From Macrostomum lignano (Eukaryota), in assembly GCA_002269645.1 (NCBI GenBank), contig NIVC01001988.1:151635-215634 (forward strand): DNA of 64,000 bases. The letters are read 5' to 3'. The position numbers and the translations under genes were made by a program. Below are positions 48,626 to 60,070 of this stretch, one piece after another; positions within the stretch are counted from its first letter, which is position 1; each line of letters opens with the position of its first letter. A model generated the notes under the pieces. That model did no database searches and was not told the DNA's origin. It saw only the letters and a program-made list of their open reading frames with translations.

Positions 48626-49095
48626 AGAATTTTCGACGGCAAACGTGGAGTGCCCGGAGCTGCACCCCAGCACCTTCTGCTCAGACGACGACATCCCGAG
48701 AAACTTCGAGTACAGCGACGGCTGCAGCCGCTACCGTTGCAACTTCATGTCCTACTCGACCTGCAGAGCCGCGACTGTCCGCGAGCCGAGTCGCTCGCCG
48801 ACCAGCGTCGTTGCCGCGATGTCGCCCGAGCGATTTTCAACCGTCTCGAGCCGCGCACCTGCCCGAACGCGGCGCCCGCAACCGTCTGCGCCAGCGTGAG
48901 GGGCGTCGGAAGCGACCAAGACGGATTCCGCTTCACCGACGGTTGCAACCGCTTCGCCTGCGCACCTGACGGCTCCGTGGCGGGCAGCACGTGGCGGAGC
49001 TGCATCGCAGGCAACGCTCGCAGGGCCTACTGCAGCTTCATCGTTGAAGCACAGATTGATGCTTCTGGTGAAAGTTTAAACCGGAGCAGCGTTGA
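48626..49095 (+). CDS. Pacifastin-like protein B, exon 3 (1-nt deletion near 48758)
   Basis: Acceptor TTCAAG| phase 2; 470 nt, one short of a multiple of 3; TCGAC-CTGCAG versus TCGACTCTGCAG in sister exons; donor GA|GTAAGC. Confidence 0.72.
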
Positions 49096-49706
49096 GTAAG
49101 CCAGGGGTTGCAGTTAATTACGTCGAAGTATGTTCTGTTGATGCTCGCGAGAAACGGCATGATGTGTTTGATAGCGAGCGTTTTTGCAATCCGTTGGAAC
49201 ATTCGCAAATTTCTGCAAAGTAAATGGAGTTTATAATCAGTAAAACAGAAATAAGCCTTCTCGATTTTTCTGGCATCCTAATATGACGATAGTTTAATTC
49301 AGATTATTTACTCAACCGACTTACATCATGCAAAATCTGTACTGAGTTGTTTATTAATGAAGGAAGTGCATTACGAAAACTTCTGGGTCCTTCAAAAATG
49401 AACATTCGTCCTTCTTTTAGTGGCTTGCGATTAGCTCGTAAAATAAAAAGTTATTTCGGGATCGGGTTTAACTCGAACCCCGAAAAAACGGCAATCTTAA
49501 ACACCACAAGGACCCTCCCGGGCTACGCCGGTCTGTCGGGGTTTCAGTGAGGTCATTGAACATTGAACTCAGAAATATTGTAAACTACCAACCTAGAGCA
49601 CTTGCAAAGCGATTGACTTGAGCTTTCTATTACACTCCAAATTTTACTAGGGCGCACTGATTAGGTGGCGCATTTCAATATTTTCCCAATCATGTTATAC
49701 TTATAG

Positions 49707-50163
49707 AGACTTTTTGACGGCAAACGTGGAGTGCCCGGAGCTGCACCCGAGCACCTTCTGCTCAGACGACGACATCCCGAGAAACTTCGAGTACAGCGAC
49801 GGCTGCAGCCGCTACCGCTGCAACTTCATGTCCTACTCGACTCTGCAGAGCCGCGACTGTCCGCGAGCCGAGTCGCTCGCCGACCAGCGTCGTTGCCGCG
49901 ATGTCGCCAGAGCGATTTTCAGTCGCCTTGAGCCGCGCACCTGCCCGAACGCGGCGCCCGCGACTGTCTGCGCCAGCGTGAAGGGCGTCGGAAGCGACCA
50001 AGACGGATTCCGCTTCACCGACGGTTGCAACCGCTTCGCCTGCGCACCTGACGGCTCCGTGGCGGGCAGCACCTGGCGGAGCTGCATCGCAGGCAACGCT
50101 CGCAGGGCCTACTGCAGCTTCATCGAACGAGACCAGCAAGTTGACGGCATGGAAGTTGGGTGA
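49707..50163 (+). CDS. Pacifastin-like protein B, exon 4 (probably terminal)
   Basis: Acceptor TTATAG| phase 2; 2 domains; TGA at 50161-50163. Confidence 0.78.
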
Positions 50164-50919
50164 GAGTCGATAATAGATACGAGAATCTAGAGAGCAGACT
50201 ATTCATAAGTGACACGGCGTAAAAGACGTAATACTCGTATGCACGACTCCCGGTGGTCGGTAATTTTGAAGTTCATTGAAAATCTTGGCCTGTTTTGTTC
50301 AGAATTTGTTTCGGCCATTTGTCATGAAGTTAAGTAAGAGTAGTAATATTCAATACATTTACACTACGGTCTACAGCTACATAAGTTTCAAATGGAGATT
50401 GCAAGCCTTGATTTTCGTAGAGTAGCACAGTTAATGCCTGGATTCTTCCAGCAAGGATGACTTGCAGCAAGAAGATGCACATAAACGAGCTGTTTTTGGT
50501 AATTTCGTTTCTGGATTAGAATTTCTAGAACAGGATCCCAATCTTGAAATCCCGAGATCTAATCTTGAAAATTAGTGGTTAATGCGAATCGACCTTTACT
50601 GGTTACGAGCTTCCATTTGGGACAGACTGGTTGATAACTCGTTTGCATTGTAAAGTTCGTCCCTATAAAATACAGTGTAGTCAATGGCCCATTTGAACTG
50701 CGGATCACCTTCCCCAACTTTAATTAACCATTACACAGGCCGCTATTCCGACGCCGCCGCAGGACTTCAGAGAAGCTGCACTGAGAGATGAAGCTGAACA
50801 AATCTAAATGCGAGATGCATCATTGGAATGAACTATTTGCACGCAATATGAGTTGTCTAAACACCCAAAAAACTTAGATTACTAACACTGTTACCTGACC
50901 TCCTAAGACACGGAATGTG

Positions 50920-51426
50920 TATACTCAGCAACAGTCGAAGGTTTCACCCTCCAAGCGAGATGAAAATCTTCTCACAAACTGCGACAACTTCTCACTTACA
51001 GTTCAACCCTCAAGCTACGCAGTTTATTTTTAATGCAACATTCAGTTAGAACACCGATGCTTAATAACTCGCATGGGATTGTGCGGCCACTCTGCGGGGC
51101 ATCACCAGGATGAGGCGGCGCAGACAGTCCTGCAAACAGCAGCCAAGCTTTTCAATGGCAGACGCACCTCCTGCGTTTTAGGAAGTCCCAGACATGCTCG
51201 ATGGGATTCATGTCTGGTGATCGGGGGAGGCCAGCGCAGAGTGCGCAGCTGTAGCTGTTCTTTCGGTTGACTAACAGCATCGGCTCGGTGTGGCGGTGCG
51301 TTGTCATCCTGGACAACCCCTCAGTGGCAATGAGCTTCGCGTGTGCCTTACGTTGCGTCACTCGCAATAAGTGAGAAAAATTCATCTCGCTTGGGAGGGT
51401 GGAACTTTTGACTGTTGCTGAGTATA
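50920..51426 (-). mobile_element. Internally deleted Tc1/mariner element
   Basis: ~45-bp TIRs (TATACTCAGCAACAGTC..CACCCTCC.AGCGAGATGAA); transposase remnants QDDNAPPH and RSPDMNPIEHVWDFLKR. Confidence 0.85.
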
Positions 51427-51851
51427 CACTGCCTGGCAATGAGAAAGTCAAGGCCGATGTGCACCCTGTGTGAGCGCATCTGTCGTGTATGCGCTTCGGT
51501 CAGCTGTATGAGTACAGCTGCTTGCTTTGATCAATAAAGAAACTGGAACACTGACTCTCCAAATAAATTTAAATAAAAAAAATTATACACACAGCATCAC
51601 ACAGTGATTTAGTAAAAAAGAGAACCTATGTAAGACCTATAATATTGTATTTCTTACTTTGTTCAATCGAGCAACACGCAGTTCTCGCTGCAATAAAACA
51701 GCCAATATGTTAATTATTAAAAAACTATCTAGAAAATTGAACAGCCATGTTGTCAATGCTGCTACTGCCTTTGGCTTTGAGTAGTAGTACAGGACGGGCC
51801 CAGCCCGACCCATTCTGGCAGCATCTGACACTCCGCCTCCCAACAGCTGCG

Positions 51852-52130
51852 TCAGGCCTCCCCAGTCATGATCGCCATGAACTCCTCCAGCGAGATGGCA
51901 GAATCGCCGTCCTTGTCGAACTCCTCGATCATGGCGCGCAGCTCCTGGTCAGACATGTTCTCGCCGAGCTCCTTGGCCACCTTCTTCAGGTTGCGGAAGG
52001 TGATCTTCCCGGAGTCATCGTCGTCAAACAGCTTGAAGGCGCGCACGATTTCATCGGTGGGGTCGCGATCGAGCAGCATGTCGGTGACGATCTCGGTGAA
52101 GTCCGCCTGGGACAGCTTGCCGGAGTCGTC
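51852..52130 (-). CDS. CETN3: Centrin-3, exon 2
   Basis: DDSGKLSQADFTEIVTDMLLDRDP...AFKLFDDDDSGKI...MIEEFDKDGD; acceptor CCGCAG| at 52131. Confidence 0.92.
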   Translation of the reverse strand, partial: DDSGKLSQADFTEIVTDMLLDRDPTDEIVRAFKLFDDDDSGKITFRNLKKVAKELGENMSDQELRAMIEEFDKDGDSAISLEEFMAIMTGEA

Positions 52131-52219
52131 CTGCGGGGGGGGCGGCCAGGACCACTAGGAATAAGAGGACTCGGATCGAGGCAAAATATGAAGACCTAAC
52201 TCATTCCATGCAACCTCAT

Positions 52220-52830
52220 CCCAAATGCCCCAGTAGTGTGATCCTAATCTTACTGTAGTGTGATTATAATCCATCTGCAGTGTGATCCCAATCCCCAGTA
52301 GTGTGATCACAATCCCAGTAGTGTGATCACATCCCCTCATAGTGTGATCCAATCCCGCAGTAGTGTGATCCAATCCCGCAGTAGTGTGATCCCAATCCCG
52401 CAGTAGTGTGATCCAATCCCCTGTAGTGTGATCCCAATCCCGAAGTATTGTGATCCCAATCCGCAGTAGTGTGATCCCAATCCCGCAGTAGTGTGATCCC
52501 AATCCCCCTGTAGTGTGATCCCAATCCCGCAGTAGTGTGATCCAATCCCCCTGTAGTGTGATCCCAATCCCGCAGTAGTGTGATCCCAATCCCCCTGTAG
52601 TGTGATCCCAATCCCCCAGTAGTGTGACCCAATCCCCAGTAGTGTGATCCCAATCCCCTCATAGTGTGATCCCAATCGCAGTAGTGTGATCCCAATCCCC
52701 AGTAGTGTGATCCCAATCCCCAGTAGTGTGATCCCAATCCCCCAGTAGTGTGATCCCTAAATCCCCCAGTAGTGTGATCCCAATCCCTCAGTAGTGTGAT
52801 CCCAATCCCCTTTGATCCCCTGCAGTGTGA
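52220..52830. repeat. ~21-23-bp intronic minisatellite
   Basis: Unit CAGTAGTGTGATCCCAATCCC(G/C). Confidence 0.92.
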
Positions 52831-52906
52831 TGCCCCACTGTCCTGGTGTCAGATCCCCAACAGTTTTATCCAAGCAACTGCTCAATCCGACCCCACCAAT
52901 GCCCAC

Positions 52907-53104
52907 CTTCACATTGTAGTCCTGTACTAATTTGGCAACCTCGCTCTTCTTCAAATCGAATCCCAGCGCTCGAAGGGCCACCTTGAACTCGTGATAAGTG
53001 ATGGCATTGTCATTGTCGCTGTCAAACAGTTCAAATGCATCCTTGATCTCAGCTTTCTGCTCGCTGCTCAGTTCGCGTCTCTTCTTTCTTCTTTTGGCGT
53101 CCAT
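52907..53104 (-). CDS. CETN3: Centrin-3, exon 1
   Basis: MDAKRRKKRRELSSEQKAEIKDAFELFD; donor AAG|GTGGGC, phase 0. Confidence 0.92.
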
Positions 53105-54410
53105 TGCTGTTGCTGCAAGTTGTGGATGAAAGTACATAGAATAATGCAGAAATTCAGAGCTGCATTTCCCAATAACTTCTAGGATTGCCTCCTCTCTATG
53201 ACTTTGCTACCCATAATCAGGGTACTTTAATGGCAACTTATGTTTAATACTCATGTCATTGTATAAATGTGCTTTTAATAAATACATTTCTGTTGAAATC
53301 AAACATGTATCAATGCAAAAAATGTAAAAAACATGGTGTGCACCATTGCCAATCTCAGTATGCCAGAAGGAAATTTTGGGCCTTGTCTAGTTCAATAACT
53401 CTTGAAGATGACAATAAACATGTACCAATCACTAAAATACATGAGGCACTTACAATTGATACTATGTCAAGTCATTCTGAATAACTGAATAAGTGGATAC
53501 AGTTGCATTAAAACATGACATGATATCATATTTGTATTACCATTCAATAATGAAAATAATTTTATTTAAAATAGTATGATACATAAGTTACTTTGATATA
53601 TACAATAATAAAGAGTTTTTGCTTAACTCCTATCATTCTTTTGAAGTTTTTAAATGTGCAATTTTGTAGACATAAGCATCATTAATACTTTAGCAGAATG
53701 GGCGCCCCCACCTTCCCGCTGTGTCCCTCCGGGACAGCCCTGCAGTTAAATCATTAATACTTCTATAAGATATTCTTACATACAAAGCATGCTGATAATA
53801 GTGAATTTGTCTGTGTTGCAGCATTGGTCAATTTAATTTTCATTTGAGATAAAGTTGGAGTTAAAAAAAGACGATTTTATTGTTATGTCAGCAGAAGACA
53901 AATCATCAGATTTTGAGTCTGATTAGAGCATGAGGTAAACAGCAGCGACAAAAAAGCAGACAAAATGTATATTACTTGGCACAATGGCATGACCACTATG
54001 CACTGCAGTACTAGTAGAACAAAATTTGGACTATCAAACCAAGATGGCCTATCTACTAGGGATCCATAACTATCAGATCCACATTATTGTCTTAACTTTC
54101 TTGAAGCTAAGCAGCCTAAGTGCAATTGTCATATGCTTTGTATCAACCAATCACCATTTGAAAATTATCAATACATATGGCATAAGAATGAGACTACAAA
54201 GCCTCCCAAGTTTGCTTAAGAGAGCACCCTTATATCCAAAACTTGCATACTGCAGATAAGAAACATTTGCCTTTATGCAAGAACTTGACACTTGAAGTTG
54301 CACAAGGCAGTTGTAATAATATTAGTGGCTATCTATGCTTTTCTTTTTTACTATTACTAATACTATTTGAAATACTTGGGGTTTTTCTCGGGGTGGCCTG
54401 GTAGGTCTTT

Positions 54411-54610
54411 GAATCCCACTGCTGCCACCAGTGAAATAGATGGGGTTTTCTTGGGGTGGCCTGGTAGGTCTTTGAATCCCACCGCTGCCACCAATGAAGT
54501 GGAATGGTGTTTGCTTCCCGGATTAGGCCCTTGCGGATTACCTTAAACCTCGGCCTCTTCTTCTTGGGAAGTTCTCTCAACTCTCAGTAGCGTAGGTAGT
54601 GCTGCCACCA
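54411..54610 (-). promoter_or_regulatory. Cluster of three tRNA-Leu PBS copies (54601-54610, 54474-54493, 54411-54430); the last two lie in a 63-bp tandem duplication
   Basis: TGGTGGCAGCGGTGGGATTC is a 20/20 complement of the tRNA-Leu 3' end; the sister copy has 1 mismatch. Confidence 0.82.
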
Positions 54611-55500
54611 GTTCCTTCAGGTCTCGGCCCTCGATGAGGTGAGCTTCCCGTCGGAACGAAATAAACAAGTCAACGAACTCAGCACAGCGTGTAGATTTGC
54701 AGATTAATGAACAAGGCGTCCTGATCAGCAGATCCCCGCCGGGCTCAGGGGTGGCTGGGAAGGCAGTGTTAGCCTCCCTTAGGCTTGGGCTTTAGTGGGG
54801 TCTCAGTCAGACCAGTACAAACGGATTCAGTACGCAAAGGGCACTTAGTTAGACACTGACGCACACGGGATCTTAGTGAATTCTCCGCAGATAAGAAGCC
54901 ATTTCCTTGACGGAAACAAGGGGAGAGGGGTCCTATTTATAGTCGGGAAACACCCACGCACAAGACCTCGTGACTTGTTCTATTTTTAGAACTGACGTCA
55001 CTTGAGATCTCGAGGCAGGGTCTCAGTGCGCGCAAGACCTCGTGACTCGTTCTATTTTTAGAACTGACGTCACTTGAGGTCTCCGGCCAGAGTACACGTG
55101 GCTGTGACTCAGTTGCTATTTTTAGCAACATGAGTCACTCCTCTCCTTAGAGAAGGGAGGGGTCCAAAAGCACGTGATTCTCCCGGTAAACAGGGCCAAC
55201 GAGTGCAGTAAACATGTTTACTGCACTTTAGGACTCGAAGAACGCAGAGTCTGTCATGTGACTTGCTCACAAGACAGAGGAAAACGGGACGGGAACGAAA
55301 CAGAGACAGCCCACAGCAGAGAAGCTGAGGGCTGAGAACAGAGACGCAGAAGGGCAGAACAGGCCAAGGGCAGCAACAGACGGGCTAAGGGGGGGGGGGG
55401 TGGGAAGCTGACCAGCGGCAGACAGCAACCCAGGGCGAGGGCGAGGGAGACTGCTGACAAAGTGGGACGCCTAACATCAACTAGCAGATCACTACATATT
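54495..55500 (-). mobile_element. Putative LTR (element 2) with TATA box and 72-bp enhancer repeat; 5' boundary uncertain (55137 or ~55496)
   Basis: TATAAATA (54941-54934); duplicated modules at 54961-55006 and 55033-55078; ends ...TTCA one nt before a PBS. Confidence 0.6.
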
Positions 55501-55876
55501 CTTTACTATTTCTATTCTATTACTATTCTTACTATTCACCCTAACAGAAATGACTACTAAGTGATGCCATTTTTGAAGATGCGACCCAGGCTACTAGCTA
55601 GTCAACCAATGCAACTTAGGCCACTAGCAAGTCAAACAATGTAGCCGAGGCCACTAGCCAATCAACTAACCTAACCTAGGCTTCTAGCCCGCTTCCAGTC
55701 AATTCGGCGACAACCGATTCGGCGACAAGTCAGTTCGGCGACAGCCAATTCGGCGAATGCTAATTAAGGCGAATTAAGGCGGATCATTGCATAAAGCTAC
55801 TAAAACTCGTTAAATTTTACATACGTATACGCATAGCCATTCACCCCTGACCATTTATTATAGAAAAATTGTTGGA

Positions 55877-57973
55877 GTGCTGGACCGGCTGCTCGCCCAT
55901 GGCGTAACGCTTAACACCGCCAAGTGCCAGTGGGCTGCAGAGTCCGTGCAGTTTCTGGGCTACATCGTCTCGGCGAGAGGCCTTCAGCCGATGCAGTCCA
56001 ATGTGGAAGCCATCGAAGCGGTGCCGGAGCCTCAGAACACCGAGGCGGTGGCCTCATTTCTCGGAATGGTAAAGTTTTACTCGAACTTCCTACACAACCT
56101 ATCCGACATCGCCGAGCCGCTGCTGCAGCTACTTCGCAAGGACCAGCCTTGGAACTGGACAGCGGACTGCCAGAAGGCCTTTTGGAGGCTTAAGAAAATG
56201 GTAGTGTCTCCAACGTGCCTGCGATTCTTCTGTCCCGACGACAAGATAATCGTGGCCTGCGACAGCTTTGCGCACGCTCTGGGTGCCGTGTTGATGCAAG
56301 AAGACAGCGCTGGCGTTCGCAAGCCAGTTGCTTTCGCGTCGAGGACTCTGTCGGCGACCGAGCGCAAGTACTCCGCGTCAGAAAGAGAGGCGCTGGCATG
56401 TATCTTCGCCTGCGAGCGTTGGCACTACTTCCTGTTCAGCCGGAGATTCGAACTGCACACCGATCACCAGGCTCTGACGACGCTGCTGACGGCTCAAGGC
56501 AGCGGCCACCGACCTTTGCGGCTGCACCGATGGGCCGACCGCCTGCTCGCGTACGACTTCCAAGTGTGCCACGTTCCCGGCAAGAAGAACATCGTGCCCG
56601 ACTTTTTGTCACGCCATGGCGCTTTCGGAGAAGATTGCGCTGAAGATCCGACCGAGCACCAGGTGAATGCCGTATTGTTATCGGGCGCGTTGGAGGTTGT
56701 CAGCGCAAGCGAGTTGGCCGAGGCATCCCTGCAGGACCCGGTAATAAGCGAAGTGATAGCTCTGACGCTCCAGGGGTGGCCGAGCTCCATCAAGCATCTG
56801 CGGTCGGAGTTGCAGCCGTTCTGGAGGATCCGAATGCAGCTGACGGCCTGGAATGACGGCAAGTGCCTGGCCAACGGCACTCGAGCGGTGATCCCCGCAT
56901 CCCTGAGGGAGAAGACGCTGCAGCTGGCACACTTCGGACACCTCGGCGTGAGCAGAATGAAGCAGCACTGTCGGGACGCCGTCTGGTGGCCGCAAATCGA
57001 CCAGCACATTGAGGAGTTCGTGCGGCACTGTGAGGCCTGTCTGCTAAGCGAGAAGAATTTCAAGCCATCCAAGACGGTTCTGACCCCGACAAAGTGGCCG
57101 ACGCGTCCATGGGAGGAGCTTCAGCTAGACATCTTTGGGGAGCTGCACTCGGCTCCGAACTCCTGCCGCTTCATCCTGGTGCTGTAAGACTTGCACTCAA
57201 AGTGGCCGGAGGCTGCCTGCATGTCAACCATCACAAGCGCTGATGTCATCGACGCCTTGACAACGTGGTTTAGTCGTTGGGGGCTGCCGAAGAGTATCAA
57301 CACAGATGGAGGGCCTCAGTTCGTGTCCGGTGATTTCGAGGATTTTCTCCGGCGCTGTGGCATCCAGCATCGGCAGTCGCCGCACTACCACCCTCAGGGC
57401 AACGCGGCGGTGGAGCGTTTCAACCGGTTTCTCAAGGACGGCCTCAAGACGCACTTGGAGGAGGGCTATGACTTTAAGGACGCGGTGAAGGCACTGCTGT
57501 GGTCGTACAGAGCCACCCCGCATGCACTGACTGGAGTTACGCCGGCGGAGCTGATGACAGGCCGGAAGATCAGCACTCCCCTGACAGCCCTACAGCCAAG
57601 GACGGCAGCGCGGCACAGACTGGCGGCCGGCATCAAGCGGAAACAGCAGCGAGTTTTCAACCAGCTCAACTCGACCAGGAGACCCCCGCCGACTTTCATG
57701 GTCGGCGACTGGGTGCGGGTGAAGCGGCCGTTCGCCCGTGGCAAGCTAAGCAGCCGCCTGTCCGAGCCTCGTGAGATCTCCCGGATCGCGAGCGCCACCA
57801 CCGTCATCCTCATGATGGCTCCCGCTGGCACGTCGACAATTGTGTTCGAGTGCCGCGGCCCGCCGGAGCGCTGCCACACTGGCCCGCTACGGCTTCCAGC
57901 GCGGCGGCGATTCCGGCGGAGGCAGCAGAGCCAGCGCAGCCGCAGCAGACAGCCCAGACTGCGGTTCGAGTGA
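55877..57973 (+). mobile_element. Gypsy/Ty3 pol fragment (RT end, RNase H, integrase), 5'-truncated, with in-frame stop at 57185-57187
   Basis: KCQW...VQFLGY; CDS..ALGAVL; VAFASRTLS.TERKYS..EREAL; HTDH; H.GHLG...WWP; DGGPQF; HPQGNAAVERFNR. Confidence 0.93.
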
Positions 57974-58247
57974 GCACGAGGACGCGAGCGCCTCCACAGT
58001 GGTACGGGGAAATTGTGACGCATTAACTGATTTATTAGTGACTGCTAACTGACTTTCTCACGAATGATGTGCATTTGAAGCCAAATTAGTTGTTTTCAGA
58101 CTAATATTGCGATTTAATGCTCAGTGAAATACTCAGTGTGATGATCTACTTTTATTCCTTCGATGCTCAGTCATGCGCTTTTATTCCTTGTTCAATATTT
58201 CGACGAATTCGGTTTTCGCGATTCCACTAATCGGAAGGGAAGGTGAA

Positions 58248-58419
58248 TGTTGTGTTGCTACTCAATGTGTGTGTGTAGTTGTGTGTACGTTCGTTGTACA
58301 TCTGTTAGCTATCGATCGCATTACAATATATGATATATAAGTGAGAGCGCGTTGAGTTTGAGAGCTTGAGAGTTTCGCAAACAAACTTGCAGACTGGCTG
58401 GCTTATTCATTATACAACA
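58248..58419 (+). mobile_element. 3' LTR of the Gypsy fragment (172 bp)
   Basis: PPT GGAAGGGAAGG at 58233-58243; TGTTGT...ACAACA termini. Confidence 0.8.
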
Positions 58420-59441
58420 GATACATGGCCATGTATACCATTTTCCCACCTGACCCAACATAATGGGCTTAAATAGTTTGATGGTTGGTTATTTAGGATT
58501 ATTATTATATTTTATATTTACTATACTACCATTGGGGTTAATATAATAAATAATAATTCTTACGGTGTTAGTTATGGTATGTTACATATATACTAGGTTG
58601 GTTCGCAACATTTGTCAAGAAAAAATCGCCACTTAATTGCTACCAATCGCCAGCGATTTGCTGGCGGCTTTTCAAGAGGGAAATTCTTGTACTTGTATCT
58701 CAACATTTGTTTTACTGAAATACATTTGACATTTAAAACTGGTAAAAAGCCTGTCGCCAAGTTAACCTGTTGCCAAATTTACTGGTTCCCTTCTAGCCTA
58801 CCTATCAAGTCCAACTAGTGCACTTGCAATAGAGAAGCTGATACCTAGCTTGAATAATATCATTAGTGGCATTGTGCCACTCTCTACTAATAGTGGCATC
58901 AGCAAGGTGGCATCTTTGACTTTTATGCCAACCATGACAGATGGCAAGCCCATGTAAATGGGTGAAAAATTTTATTTACCACTAACTTTGGCTTTGTGAA
59001 AGATGAATTACAAGCAATTAAACAATCTGGCTAATCTAATAGGCATGGTCTGTTAGTCAGCCAGCCAATTACAACATTGCTACTAGATAATTATAATCAT
59101 AAAGCAATTTTAAGAGCAAAAAATATGGCTAGCCCAAGCTGCCAGACCATAAGCACTTAGACCTTTTATATTAATCAAAACACAAATACATTGGTTCCAT
59201 TTTGTTGTAAACCCTAAAAATGTTTTTATGCTAATGATAGATCCAAATATTTGGATTTGGAATCTGAATCCAAAAAGATGTTTTACTTTTTTAGAAATAC
59301 AAATGTTTTGGATTTGGAAAAATGTTTCCAAATATTTTCAAATATGTCAAATATAAAAAAATCTAGAAACCTAAACAAATTCATGTTCATAGAAGAAATA
59401 AAACTTTTGAAATAATAAAATATATTAAAAAACTGTGACAG

Positions 59442-59744
59442 GTAGAAAAGCTGCAATTCCACATTGAGCAATATGCGCTGAAGGTAGCATATCATTGGGC
59501 TGACACGCGACAATGCTACCCTCAAACATTGCAAGTCTGGCCACACCTGAAGTTCCTAAGGGAACAATTTAGCCACCAGGAAGCCGTTGCTATCCTCTTA
59601 GATGTCACTCATCATCTCCAGAGGGCCATAAAAGTCAGCCTGCCACCCTCATTAGTGATATTGGACGAGGAGTATCATTGGTTTTTCGCCCAGATTGGTT
59701 GGCCATATAATCGCAATCTCCTGGAGCCTTGCAGGTTTATTTGA
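59442..59744 (+). CDS. Unknown ~100-aa domain associated with LTR element 3 (exon-like, preceded by TGACAG)
   Basis: Open frame VEKLQFHIEQY...GWPYNRNLLEPCRFI*; homologous to 13008-12713 on the minus strand. Confidence 0.6.
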   Translation, partial: VEKLQFHIEQYALKVAYHWADTRQCYPQTLQVWPHLKFLREQFSHQEAVAILLDVTHHLQRAIKVSLPPSLVILDEEYHWFFAQIGWPYNRNLLEPCRFI

Positions 59745-60070
59745 ACTGTTAATGTGAACTAACTATTGCATTGCCTTTAATAATAGTTTGCTTTTAATAA
59801 TACTATTGCCTTTATAATAGCTTGCTTCCATAATAGTTTTGTTTTATAATAGTTTTGCTTTATAACAGTTTTTCACTTAATTATTGTCTGCCTTCATAAG
59901 TTTGCTTGTATTTTGTACAATCTTTTTTATGCACTAATTTGCTAACTTAGCACCCATATATATCTTTTCTTTTGCACTTAGCTGTGCACTTTTCACCTAT
60001 TTTACATATTGATATCAATTTTTCATTGTATAATAGTATTTTGTTCAAACTTGATATTAAGAGGAGAAAT

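Larger units (their letters stand above)
55690..58789. mobile_element. Non-autonomous MULE-like DNA element with nested Gypsy fragment
   Basis: 9-bp TSD CTTCTAGCC (55681-55689, 58790-58798); imperfect TIR CCAGT(C/A)AATT(C/T)GGC(G/A)ACA; subterminal TTCGGCGAC repeats. Confidence 0.75.
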
